Positions 13,151 to 25,879 of a stretch of DNA of 64,000 nt are shown piece after piece. The position numbers and the translations under genes were made by a program. Numbering within the stretch: position 1 is the first letter of the stretch; each line of letters begins with the position of its first letter. A model generated the notes under the pieces. The model did no database searches. It had not been told where the DNA came from and saw nothing but the letters and a program-made list of their open reading frames with translations. The stretch is from Octopus vulgaris (taxonomy: Eukaryota): positions 27,838,001 through 27,902,000 of the forward strand of contig OX597822.1 of assembly GCA_951406725.2 (NCBI GenBank). The letters are read 5' to 3'.

Positions 13151-13196
13151 GCTGGCTGATGAGAGCAACAAATGTTGATCGCAACCAGTACTATGC
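13151..13196 (+). ncRNA. Decayed type I hammerhead motif
   Basis: gctgg-CTGATGA-gagcaac-aaat-gttgatc-GCAA-ccag-TA-ctatgc. GAAA is mutated to GCAA. Confidence 0.45.
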
Positions 13197-13242
13197 ACCG
13201 TCTACAGCCTGGGTTATGGATTTTGATTGTTCCGTGTACACA

Positions 13243-13358
<116 letters not shown>

Positions 13359-13426
13359 CACATACATATATACGATAGACAGAGGTTATTATTATTATTA
13401 TTGTTATTATAATAATAATAATAATA

Positions 13427-13487
<61 letters not shown>

Positions 13488-13492
<5 letters not shown>

Positions 13493-13855
13493 TCTGCCTT
13501 AGCGAAGGCGGAGGTATTGTTTCAGTAGTGTTTGTTTGTTTGTTTGTTTGTACGTGGACAAGATATCTCAAGAACCACTGGATGGGTTCGGTTTAAACTT
13601 TCAGCGTTGTTTGCCTCGTGACTGGCACGAACTGATTAACTTTTGGGATCGATCCGGTACAGGACAAGGATTCTGGATTATTTTTCCGTTTTTTTTTAAA
13701 CTTTTGAGAGCGGTCGGGTTCATTTTTAGTATTGTCGTTTATGAAAGCAGTGGAGTTTATTTCAGATATTCTCATTTTAAAAGTCATCTCTGGCTAATCG
13801 TTGAGAGGACGTTGGTGTTGCCTTGGCAGAGGTTTGGGTTCTCTGAGTGCTTTTT
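13488..13855 (+). mobile_element. Helentron-associated non-autonomous element (HINE/DINE-1-like)
   Basis: 5' hairpin tacctctgcctt-agcg-aaggcggaggta, then (GTTT)n, a 3' subterminal ggcagagg, a short hairpin and a T-run. Confidence 0.75.
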
Positions 13856-13859
13856 ATCA

Positions 13860-14586
13860 CTGTTTTTTCCTGGAAGTCCCGGAGTTTTGCATGCTCAACG
13901 GGTTTGCTACCTGGCTACCTGTAGCCTACGATACTATGCTATCCGTTCTTTTCAGCTAATACTTTCCTGACTATTCTGACCGTACCAAGGAAGAACATTT
14001 TTGTAACAGTTCTGCTGGATACTCTATTCCTATTTCCTTTATATTCCTCTTGATGCCTTCCTTCTGATACTGTACCCAAGGATCCAGCAATAATTGGCAG
14101 TCTCTTCAACTTCTTCATTTTCCATAGCTGGGCCATTTTGTACTTAAGAGGGTTTTATTCATCTATTTATTCGCATTCCTTCTTGACTATTCCTGTGTCA
14201 AAGGGGCATGCAACATCAACTATACAGCACATATGGTGCAAATTGTTGACCAGCACTAGGTCCGGTCTGTTATGCTCTAACACCTTATCTGTTTGGATTG
14301 GTAAATCCCAGAGGATATTGCTAGTTTCCGACTCCACCACTCTCTACGGTTTGTGCTCATACTATTTCTTGCCTCTCTCTAGCTTCTAATTTCCGCACAG
14401 TTTCCAACGTAGCACTTTCACTACCTGATCGTGTCGCCAAAATTTGTAGTGGTTTTGGGCAAGTATAGGGAATTCGTTCATGATATAGGCAATGGTTACA
14501 TCTACTCTATTATAGATACAGCACAGCGAAGACACTTGCTCATTCTTAAGGTTGACCCTCCAGTTCATGGCCAAAACTGCGTCTTG
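13860..14586 (-). pseudogene. Decayed Dong/R4 3' fragment (CCHC + RLE)
   Basis: Minus-strand remnants WRHDQV, RPDLVL and LPIIAGSLGTV, with stops and frameshifts. Confidence 0.8.
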
Positions 14587-14599
14587 CTCTGCCAGTATA

Positions 14600-14857
14600 G
14601 TGCTCTGGGCCTTTTTTTATCATGTGCTTTCCTTGTTCTACCGAGTGCGCCTTGGATGTGTGCTGTGTGTTGTTGTGATTCTCATACTTTTACTGTATTG
14701 AAAGTGTTTTAAGTAGGATGTGTGCGGTGCTTAGCAGTGCTATTTTCTGTATGTTATATATACTTGTAAGTCCTGCTGTTTCTGTTATGTATTTGTCTGA
14801 ATATTTTTTTATCATACCTAGTGTGCCTACTACGATAGGAGTTTTTAGACTCCATTC
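14600..14857 (-). pseudogene. 5'-truncated Dong/R4 3' end, same subfamily as 59018-60730
   Basis: PIVVGTLGMIKKYSDKYITETAGLTSIYNIQKIALLSTAHILLKTLSIQ, with a 3' UTR matching 60633-60730. Confidence 0.85.
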
Positions 14858-14957
14858 TCCTTCTCCTCCTCCTCCTCCTCCTTCTTCTTCTTCTTCTTCT
14901 TCTTCTTCTTCTTCTTCTTCTTCTTCTTCATCATCATTATCATCATCATCATCATCA

Positions 14958-15070
<113 letters not shown>

Positions 15071-15396
15071 TAAAACAGTTTGATTTGGCTCCATGTGACC
15101 TAAAGCTTCGTAGGAGTCTTACAGAAACCTACCTCGTTCAGGCTTAGATTACTAAATGAATAGACACAGAAAGTCCAAGATTGCTACCGGAAAACGAGCT
15201 GCTATTGACCAATGCGGATCACCTGGTGTTGTCAGCACAAAATCTACCATTCAGCGACAGCAATTCCGTTAGAAAAGGAAATTGGACTGCATGGCTGGGC
15301 AGGAAGCTGGTGGCGTCTTAGTGTCTGGAGGCTGGCTGAAACAAGGCCGGTGAATGTGTGTGAGTGCGTGTGTAAATCTGGAAAATCATATATGGG

Positions 15397-15432
<36 letters not shown>

Positions 15433-15644
15433 TGTGTGCGTGTATGTGTGCGTGTGTGTGGGCATGTGTGTATTCGTGTGTGTATGTACATTTTTGCGTT
15501 TGAATATAAACGCATGAGTGTATGTGTTTGTCTGAGAGAACATATGCATGGGGTTTGGGCTGGTTTGTATGATTACATATACACATATATATATTTCTTT
15601 CTCTCATTCTATCTCCCTCACACACACACACACACCTATATATT

Positions 15645-15679
<35 letters not shown>

Positions 15680-15692
15680 TTATGTGTTTGTG

Positions 15693-15801
15693 TTAATCAA
15701 AGGACATACTGAGTATGTCTACCTGCTGGAAATAACAGTCAAAACTTTTATTTCGTTGTTATTTCCAGCAGGTAGACATGGCCAGTATGTCCTTTGATTA
15801 A
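15693..15801. repeat. 45-bp near-perfect inverted repeat with 19-nt loop
   Basis: ttaatcaaaggacatactg-agt-atgtctacctgctggaaataaca, then its reverse complement with one 3x3 internal loop. Confidence 0.9.
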
Positions 15802-15965
15802 TATACATGTTAATACTTCAGCTTATTTAATGCTTTTTAGGGCCTGCAATCACCTATATTATTTATTCTGTTATTATCAATTTAATTATTTTATCCTAGA
15901 TAATAATAGAGTTGATGGTATCTTCGCAAATATTTTCTGCTGAATAAAATGCTCCGTATTGGAAT

Positions 15966-15997
<32 letters not shown>

Positions 15998-16241
15998 TAT
16001 ATACATATATATAATGTAGGATAAAATTTTTTTCGAAAAAAAATTTATCAATGGCCAGCATATTAAAAAATACCTTTAAAGGTTAAATTTATAAACAATT
16101 CATAAATAAGAGTAAACGAAAAAATTTCTAATGCCTAATATGCCGAAAAATTGGACATATTGTCCATTAACCATATAATTTTTTCACAATACGCACGCTA
16201 CTCGAAAAAAGGTCGACAGAAATTTCTAAAAAATTCCATTA

Positions 16242-16301
16242 TTACCATATCGGACCGATTTCAGGGTTAGCTCAGAAGAGCCCTCCCTTCGTCAGTGATA
16301 A
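16242..16301 (-). ncRNA. Type I hammerhead ribozyme, intact core
   Basis: Minus strand: ttatca-CTGACGA-agggagggctc-ttct-gagctaaccct-GAAA-tcggtccga-TA-tggtaa. All three stems pair; cleavage triplet AUA. Confidence 0.85.
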
Positions 16302-16531
16302 ATGTGGCAAAAGAAATACATGAGATACTTACTCATACACATGGAAGAAGCAAACACTAGTTTGTGGGGCCAGTTTGCTGTCTGCATAGGCAATAGTGGT
16401 TGGAACCCTGATCTGTGTTGAGGCGTAACCAGTGTTACGATGATATATTTCTGGTGTTGGCAAACATTGGTTTGAAGTTCACCAGAAGGGAGTACCTCTG
16501 GTAGCAGCAATAAAAAAGTTCATATTTCCTG

Positions 16532-16652
16532 ATGATATATACCCGCAGTTGCCAGCTATGCCTTTGTGAAAGATTGCGCATCCTCGATCAACTTGTAATA
16601 TATATCAACAGCAAATATGACCTATCCTATTGCTGTTTACACAGAAATGCAA
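16532..16652 (+). pseudogene. Penelope-like element, C-terminal remnant of GIY-YIG region
   Basis: YTRSCQLCLCERLRILDQLVIYINSKYDLSYCCLHRN fits the CxLCxxE...LN...C.H tail of PLE ORFs. It sits next to an inverted hammerhead-bearing repeat (16015-16301). Confidence 0.55.
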
Positions 16653-17186
16653 GAATGTATATACTTACGCTCACACACCCCTACATGCAACACAAATTTG
16701 CTCGCGCACGCCGCGTTGTAGCAAGTACTAATGCACACATCTTCACACGCACCCCACACACATACATACACATACGGGGACAATTGCACACCCACATACA
16801 CGTATACATACATCTGGCATACACACACACACACACACACAAACACACGCACAGATTCACCTGCCTTGCATTTGGCAGCGCTCAGACACTTAAAAATCAC
16901 CAGCTTCCTGTCCTCATGCAGTCGAAGAAATTTCTCTTTCTAACAATACTACGGTCTTTGAATAGTCGGTATGGCTCTGGGCACACCATGTAACGCGCAT
17001 TCCCCGCATTAGTCAAACAGCCCATTATATCGCAGCTATCTTGGATTTCCTTCGTCACTTCATTCGGTAATCTCAGCCTGAACGAGCTATGCCTCTGTAA
17101 GATGCCTAGGAAACACCAAGTCGCTTGGAGCAGAATCAAACTTCTTTAAATAATAGCTCACACGCTCGTGTCTAACTATCTATATT

Positions 17187-17234
<48 letters not shown>

Positions 17235-17380
17235 GGTGTACATTTAAACACAAGAGAAAACTGCATTCAACAGACAGTTTTTACACTCTAGAAGAAGTAG
17301 TCAAAACGACCAAAACCACATGTAACAGCAATCTTCAAAATGAATGAAAAATAGAAACGTTTACCTTGTTGTCTTAATCC

Positions 17381-17451
17381 GGTCAGATCTAGGTTTCAAA
17401 ATATTTTTAGCAAATAAAATAATTTGCTAGGCGAATTTCTCATCAGTGACC
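17381..17451 (-). ncRNA. Type I hammerhead motif (one stem III mismatch)
   Basis: Minus strand: ggtca-CTGATGA-gaaat..tagcaaat-tatttt-atttgcta..atttt-GAAA-cctaga-TC-tgacc, within a ~290-bp segment flanked by (TA)n. Confidence 0.75.
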
Positions 17452-17518
17452 ACGTCGTAACACTTACATATAATTAAGAGACGAATAACACGTGTCTCAT
17501 CGTTATACATTATGATTT

Positions 17519-17550
<32 letters not shown>

Positions 17551-18294
17551 CATATATATATACATACATTTATCTATATAGATAGATAGATGAAGAGAAA
17601 AAGGGAGGGAGGGAAGGAAAGAGAGAGAGATGGAGCAGGTGTATATGTTGGTAGATAAGATGGTATGCATATGAAAAATTCGTTTATAAACGTTTTAACA
17701 ATCACCAAGTTATTTTTATATTGCACCCGAAACTAATAATTGCAAACATAAAGTCTACTTCGTCCGAACGATGCACATGTGTCTGTGTGAGTGCGTGTAT
17801 ATATATATATATATATAGCAGTAATGTGATTAATGTGATTAATGTGGCAAATACCTAATCATATAGCAAGAATTGATACCTACCTCATTGTGTTCAACCA
17901 TTGATAAATTTATCGCCTGTGAATATGAAATTCCTTGGAAATTTACACCTACACCATTGGAAATTGTGCATCTATACAAAGGATTAATTCACCCTCTCTG
18001 TAATGCTAATAAGCAGGAATTGAAACCCACCTCGTTGTAATTAACAATGGATAAATTTGCCTTCTGTGAGTATGTAATCCCTCATCATATCTCTGGAAAT
18101 TCATATATGCACTATGGATTGGGTCACCTTCTCTGTGATGCTGTTAAGACTTTTTTTAAAATTCTGTGATAAGACTGTACATCATCTTTAAAGAACTTTA
18201 ATGAACTTTTGAAATCTGTTTATGTTACTTAATTATCTACATTACTTCATGAGTATAGCCTCAACCACTAGGATGTCTAGAGAACTCACATGTA

Positions 18295-18385
18295 TTTTAG
18301 CTGATGAGTACGGGACACGTTTATATGCTGTAATTTTTGCAACTTTTAATAAAACCTGTCCTTGTATGAAACGATTGTACTAAAA
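18295..18385 (+). ncRNA. Type I hammerhead ribozyme, intact core
   Basis: ttttag-CTGATGA-gtacgggaca...tgtccttgtat-GAAA-cgattg-TA-ctaaaa; cleavage triplet GUA. It ends a ~600-bp (TA)n-flanked segment that has a diverged ~147-bp tandem repeat. Confidence 0.8.
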
Positions 18386-18415
18386 ACCTATCCATTCTTG
18401 TTGCTTCATTCTCGC

Positions 18416-18518
<103 letters not shown>

Positions 18519-19737
18519 CGTGTGTGCCCGTGTGTGTTTGTTTGCGTGTGCACGCGCGTGCGTTGTCGTATTTGTATGTTCGTCCACGTTTTCTCCTGTT
18601 CCATTCTGAACTTTATTCCGAATGGAATATTCCACATTGTTCTGTAATATAACGTGCATTTACAAACCTCTAAGCATATCATCACTGCTTCAATGTTTGC
18701 TTCTATTATTAACTAGAGACTCACAATTTACATTTTGATGACTATAAATATTTACCTAATTAACAAGTTATGTTTTCGTTCATGTTCTATTATCGTTAAT
18801 TGTATTGCAGCATTTTCTCAGTTCCCTGTAAGTTACGATCAAGCCGATTCTCTATTGGTTTGAAACGAGAGAATCAATATTTCTCTTTGCACTGATTCAA
18901 GGTAATTACATTGAACACTAATTTCTAAAACATCTCTCTAATAGTATTATGTCACAAGAGTACAATGTTTGAGGAATTCTCGAAAGTTATATTCTGGTTG
19001 AAATGAAATTTTACGAAATACATAATTGCAATAAACTTTACACGAGAGAAAATATTAAAATTTTTTTTTAACGTATGCGAAATAAAAATTACTATTAACA
19101 CTTAACATAAATTGTTATTGTAACCGAAACTTTATAGTTGTACTTTAGTTGGATGTACAAACTCCTTACATCAATTTCATAAATGGTGAGAAAGCAATTT
19201 TCCTGAAGATAGAATGAAAATGCATTAGATGTCAAATATGCACAATATAAATATGATTTAAAGAGAACTGGTGGCTTTTGTTGATTTGAATTATCAACAA
19301 ATTCTCTTGCAATTTCCTGCTTTTATTAGAACATAATGTAGAAATATGATGATTATTCCGCCTTTTTTTCCCTGAGAAAAGCTGCCGTTAGGTTTTCCAA
19401 TGACCGATTCAGCTATTTCAGTTCGGATAATAAGATGTCACCAACGAATCTATCAAATCGTTCAATATATGAAATTAAATTTGTACACTCATTACACATA
19501 TGTGCGTGTGTGTCTGTTTGTATGTGTATATATATCAGTGTTTGTGCGTGTGTGTTTGTTGTCGACATCATAATAATTCATTAACTTTCGACAAAGCGTG
19601 AAATAAGGGAATTTGAAATCGGAATTTGAAGCACGTCAAATCAAGATGAAAAACCCCTCGGTATCATTTGGACCTAAAAAGGTGAAGGCTGCCGACGCGC
19701 ATTTCTGTACTTTCAAATCCAATTCTATAAATACCTG

Positions 19738-19776
<39 letters not shown>

Positions 19777-19781
<5 letters not shown>

Positions 19782-20098
19782 ATTTTGAATTAAAGTATTA
19801 AGGTTTAGAAAGGGGGCATTAAATGTAGTACCCAAAACTTGTTGCAGGGTGAGTCACAGGTAGTGCGCCTGAAGAGCACGTTCGTCACTGCCAGCGTTAT
19901 CAGCGTTACTGTGTGTTCAGCGTTCGATCTACGTCCGGAATTGCGAGGTGTGCGTAGGGTATAATTTAAATGATTGATACAGAGAGACGGAGTGCAACTA
20001 GAAACATTATCAGTAGAACAATCATTTCGAAACGATTGTTGTATTAATAAAGCTTCAATTTACACACAGTCTTTCGTATCAGTCACTTAATATATACA
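19777..20098 (+). mobile_element. Possible solo LTR
   Basis: TG...CA ends with a short inverted repeat, a GC-richer interior and AATAAA ~50 nt from the end. No clear TSD. Confidence 0.3.
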
Positions 20099-21969
20099 TA
20101 AATGTGTGTGTGTGTCTTGGGGTTTTCGGTAAGCAAAGTAACAGGTTATGAAATGATCTTTTCGCCAAATAGTTGTATCTTATGACCTATGACGTGTTCC
20201 CTTGGTTCATTTCAGTGAACTCTCTACACACGATTTGAACACCCTGTGAGGGGCCCAAGACTTGTCTTGATCACCAGCTTTTAATTTAAGATATACAAAA
20301 TACCTTGACTTCACAAATGCGTCGATATTTTCCCTTTAACTGGGAAGTGTAAAACAACTGCAACTATAGGAAAATGAATCAGGGATGTTCAAGGCACTTA
20401 CAATGAGGAGTAGCAGAAGATATGATTTCAAAGAAAGGAAATAAGTGTGGGAATAAAACGTAAACAGTCACAAGAGTAGAAAAACTAAAAGCAGCATACT
20501 TACATGAAGTATGCTGACCCTTTGCATATAGACATTTACGTATTATTCGCAGAATACAATAGTAATCATACATATAGAGAGGCCACACGGTCTTGTACCA
20601 TCTGACCCAGGGAAATATGTGTACTCCATATCTCCTTCACTGCACAAACCTGTTCTCTGACCACTTCACTTAATTTCGAATCCATTGTACCATAGTACTG
20701 GTCATTCAGACATTTTAACCAGATTCTTGTAATTTCATGAATTTTGTTACGAAGTCAGCTTCCAGCCTCCGTTTTGCAACTGGAACATGACACCTAAGGA
20801 TTGACAACCTGTTTAGGCAACTTATTCGTCAATAATCGTGACTTCTTTCATGGAGGGAGATTTGAAACTGACTATTTTGAGAGTAATCTGTAGAAAAAGA
20901 AATTGATGTGATGGAAGAAAATTGGCCGTAGTTTTGATATTATCCTGCCAATTTTACTTACAATAAAATGAAAAATTGAACTCAACGGAAATTATGTTCA
21001 AAATTATTCCCTAGTGTAATGAAAGTGATTGGCATAACTACAAAAATAACTAGCAACTTAATTTAAACTAAATTCAAATTAGTCTAAAACGTTTAAGTAT
21101 ATTTTCAAAAGATTATATTTTGTGAAATCAGCCTGATAAATTTCCAATCAACAAAAATCTTCTTAATTTTTCTTTTCTTAATTTTTTCTTTTGTCACTTT
21201 ATGTCTAGATATTGTTTAATACCCCTAAATATATATTGCTGGAAATATTTTTAGATATCATTTTGGAAAAAGAGTTATTTTCATCGTTTTATTTCTTTTT
21301 CTTTCTTTTCTTTTTTGATCGGATCTAATGCATACAGATTATATTGTTAAACGAATACTTATAGATTTAGCGGTACAATAGTTGTTGTCTCACATTTAAA
21401 ATCAGATTAATTTAAGCGTATTGCGAATACATTCTCTCTACTTCCTTTCACCTATTTTTTAATTCTATCACAAGTGTACACACACTTACAGACACACACA
21501 CACACACAGATATCTGTCTGTCTACCTATGTATTTATCTATATATCTATCTATCTCAATATATAAAAATATATATGCATATATATTATATTATATCATAT
21601 CATATTATATATATATATAATGTTTTTCTGTCTATCTCTCCATATATATATATATATATATATATATATGGAGAGTTAGACAAAAAAACATAATAAGGGA
21701 AAGTTATACATTTCTAAAAATTATTTAAAATTGTTTTCTGTATATTAAATTCCAACATAGGATGCTGCTGTTTAAGTGTTTTAGGGTCCTTAGATGTGAT
21801 AGTTCTGTCTACCTAATCGATTTATATTAAATCAATTATACTATAAATTCTGATCCAATGATTGACATTCTTATATACTATGGAAAAAGCTGATTACAAA
21901 TGTCAAAAATATACGTACAAACACATTGACACACACACACACGTTTCTACATACATATATATATGTACG

Positions 21970-23885
21970 CATGTATTTCTACTCGTTAAGTCAATGTCTG
22001 TGTTCGTGTGTTACTAACATACTCGAAAACTACTGGACTGATTCTAATGAAATTTCGAACACAAAATCCAACCCAAGGGAGAAGGGTAATGCCGTATGCT
22101 TCATACAAATTTTGGGGCATGGGTTGGGGGGACTAAACTCCCTCAGCCCTCCGGGAAAATTCATCTGCTTCGGATTTTGATGAGATTTGAACCATAGTTA
22201 TTAGAAATAAATTTTTAAAATATACGCAAAATTCCCATTTCAATGGATGAATCTAAGACCCGCTAATGGGGGCTTAACTCCAAATTTTAGTCATTTTTCA
22301 TGGACCAAAATTAATGAATGGATCCTTGTGATATTTGGAACTTAGATTCAATGTATAAGGGTGGGTATAATGCAGTATATTTGAATTGAATTTGAAGGGG
22401 CTTAAAGGGGGCAGAAACGCCCATGGAAATTCTTAAATCTCCGAAATTGATGAAATTTCAACTATGGATAATTGGCACAAATCAAGAAGTATTCCCAAAG
22501 TTTCCGCTTCTCATGAATATTCTAAAACCCGCTAATGGGGGCCTTAACTCCCAAATTTTAGTTACTTTTTATGATAAAAAACAAGGTCAAAAGTACTGAA
22601 TGGATCTGGGAAATATATTCTATGTATAAGGGCCGATTAATACAGTATATGTTTGAAAAGGAGGGGGCATTAATGAGGCCATAACCCCCGTGAAAATTCA
22701 TATATTTTTGCTGTTGATGAAATTTTAACCATGGATATAAGATACAATTGAAGTAATATTCCTAAAATTTCAACTTTTTAGGAGGTCAGTAAGACCCTTT
22801 AATGGGAGTTTAGCCCCCACAATTTAGTCATTTTTCCTAAGCCAAGACGAATACAATCGTAGCTGTAGAGTCACCCGAGGATACAAGATGAGCGTTCTTT
22901 GTAATTCACTGATACAACAGTTTAAGAGTTTACTTTGAGATATATTTAGATTGTGATTTCTGCAATGAGGTGCACAAATTGTCGAGTAAATGAGAGACAC
23001 ATTTGCCTCCACTTATTCAGTTGCAAAGTTTTATTTTGAGTAAATTTATTTGGTTGCAGACCTCCTTTGAGTCTTTATATAATCACTGGGTCAGAGATAG
23101 TCCCCAGATGGTAACATTGATTTCAAGGCCTTTCCAGATAAGTATTGGTCATTCAAAGAGATTTATAGATTGCAAGTTTATTATGTTCAGTTACCTATCG
23201 GCATAGTGATCATTGGCAAACTCTAGAGGTGACACTTTCATTTCCGCTTAACCCTCACGTCACACAGTTGTTAATGTTTATTTGAGTTGGGTCACGCTCA
23301 CGCCCTTCCAGTTGCTATAGATAGGTAATGCATCTTACGGCTGTGCCGGTCGCTTGTATAGGGAGAAATCCTACAATGGGGAGTGGTAACGCCTAGAGTA
23401 GGGTAGCGGACTTCTTATTGTGATCATTCGTCTTTTGGTTTCCTCTAGCTTTGCTCTCTTTTACAAACCCAGTGAACAATCATATATTTCCGATTTCAAA
23501 GAAATTAGATAGATATGAGACACAAGTTAAAAAAGATCCCCAACAATTCAACTTCCCTGGTTGACTTTAAGACACCCCCAATAATAGGGGGCCTTAAATC
23601 CCACATTTTAGAGCTCCATGTGCTTCAATTTTCAGAAACAAAAACCTTTGAATGGGTTTTATAATATTTGGATTTTGGAATCTGGTCATACAGAGGAGTA
23701 GTATGCGATAAATATGTCATGATTAGAATGTTTGTTAAGGTGTGTAAAGAGGGAAAGAGCCACCATTAAAATCCTTAATCTCCAATTTTGATGAAGTTCG
23801 AATCATATGTATTCATATGTAATGAAAAAGAAAAGTTTAATTCTTCAATTCCAAATGACATGGGCAACGCCGGGTGTCTCTGTTA

Positions 23886-23886
<1 letters not shown>
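21970..23886 (+). mobile_element. Non-autonomous Helitron-like element with ~268-bp internal tandem subrepeats, interrupted at ~22826-23460
   Basis: 3' end gggcaacgccgggtgtctctgttag. Subrepeat aagacccgctaatgggggcttaactcc at ~22255, 22525, 22791 and 23574. Confidence 0.6.
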
Positions 23887-23940
<54 letters not shown>

Positions 23941-23944
<4 letters not shown>

Positions 23945-24147
23945 ATCCAAACAAGAAAACACAGAAAAAAACACACCAACGCGAGGACGTGGAACAATTA
24001 AAGTATTATTTGACGCTCAGGAAAGAAGGGAAGGAGGGTTTAACGTTTCGAGCGGAGCTCTTCGTCGGAAACAAAGGAGAAGGAAAGATCCCGAGAAGGG
24101 AAGACAGAGGAAAAAATATTTTTGCTGGTGGTGCTCAAGGGATCACA
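23941..24147 (-). mobile_element. Family Z short element in (TA)n with minimal hammerhead (24039-24071)
   Basis: Minus strand: ttt-CCGACGA-a-gagc-tcc-gctc-GAAA-cg-TT-aaa. Confidence 0.7.
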
Positions 24148-24176
24148 TGTTGGGTCACGCTCACGCCCTTCCTATA

Positions 24177-24299
<123 letters not shown>

Positions 24300-24483
24300 G
24301 TATATTTATATATAGAACATAAATGTTTGACATGAACAGCGCTTGGCAGATGCAGTTTAAGGGCCTTTGATGCAGTTCTGTTGAAATACCAATATGATTC
24401 TTAAAACCGGAAATATTATGTAACTTCTATAAGGAACGTTTGCATGAATTAACTTCCAAATCAGAGATCGTACACACAAAATT

Positions 24484-25216
24484 TTAATCGCCAAGGAAGC
24501 ATTTTGGCAGTATTCCTAATGATATATTCATATTGTAAACGTGTATATAGAGCGAGAAAGTATGATGGACATAAATGGGCTTTGTGAGTGGGTGTATGAA
24601 AGAGGAGAAAGAGAGATAGGAGAAAGGATTAGAAAATACGATAATGGCAAGAGGGAAAATAAAAATGACATCAAAATATAGAATGAAAATATAACTATAC
24701 ATATAAATAAAATAATAAGAAAAATGATAAAATAACTGGAAATGATAAATATATCCTAAATGGCTTTTGTGAGTGAGAGTGTATGTGACAAGGGATAAAG
24801 GGGATAAAAATAAAATAAGATAGAGGTAGCTAGGTAAAGAATAATAAAATAAAAATAGATAACTGAATAAATAAAAGTAATGGTAGCTATGTAGATATAT
24901 CAGTATTGCGTGGGATTAGAGGTCAAACGTTAATGTTTCAGTAGAGTGAGGATGGAAGGCCAATCTAGCTAAGCTTATAAGGATAATATTTTAGTGGGGA
25001 TATTTAAAATTGTATTTCAAACTTCAGAGCCATTAAATGGTGTGATATAAAAGATTAAGAGTTTAAAATTCAAATTCAAAATTAAAATTTAAAATTACAA
25101 ACTAAATAAAAACTAAATTTAAAAATCTATAAAAAATTTAAATTATTGAGTTGAAGTTAGCTAGTTTCTAAGATAGTTAATTTGATAGAGAGGTAGGGGG
25201 TATAAAGAAGAAAGTG

Positions 25217-25220
<4 letters not shown>
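24484..25220 (-). repeat. Left arm of a long diverged inverted repeat (Penelope pLTR-like)
   Basis: Reverse complement of 26740-27190 plus 28040-28270. Confidence 0.8.
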
Positions 25221-25258
<38 letters not shown>

Positions 25259-25262
25259 CATG

Positions 25263-25308
<46 letters not shown>

Positions 25309-25347
25309 TATATATATATACACACACATATATATATATATATATTA

Positions 25348-25495
25348 TAGGCGCAGGAGTGGCTTGCTTACCAACCACATGGTTCTGGGTTCAATCCCAC
25401 TGCGTGACACCTTGCGCAAGTATCTTCTAATATAGCCTCGGGACGACCAAAGCCTTGTGAGTGGTTTTGTAGACGGAAACTGAAAGAAGCCCGTC

Positions 25496-25569
<74 letters not shown>

Positions 25570-25633
25570 GTTTTTGTGTGTATGTGTTTGTGTGTCTGTG
25601 CTTTATCTCCCCCCCCCCAACATCGCTTGACAA
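25348..25633 (+). mobile_element. tRNA-derived SINE type A, 3'-truncated
   Basis: Starts ggcgcaggagtggc...; homologous to 42136-42592. Confidence 0.85.
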
Positions 25634-25879
25634 GTATAATCTATAGTATTTGTTGGAGGTGAGTTGTAGGCTTCACTGTTGTTTATTTGTTTGAGTTTCG
25701 ATTGAGTGTTACACGGGTTAGCATAGAGCTGACGAATGTCTCTCACCTGAGGTCCTTCCAAGTTACTAGCGGGGGTTTTAGTTTGTCTATTTGTAGTGGA
25801 ACAGTGTATTTATCTAGTAGTGGGGCGTGTTCCTCAGGGACTGAGATTAACGATGTGTTTTCTACGTCTAGTATTCGCT

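Noticed and set aside
22826-23460. Very old LINE endonuclease remnants (also 20380-20720 and 39400-39750)
   Set aside because: Only weak peptide hints such as INVTIWGLSLTQ; too decayed to call without an HMM search.
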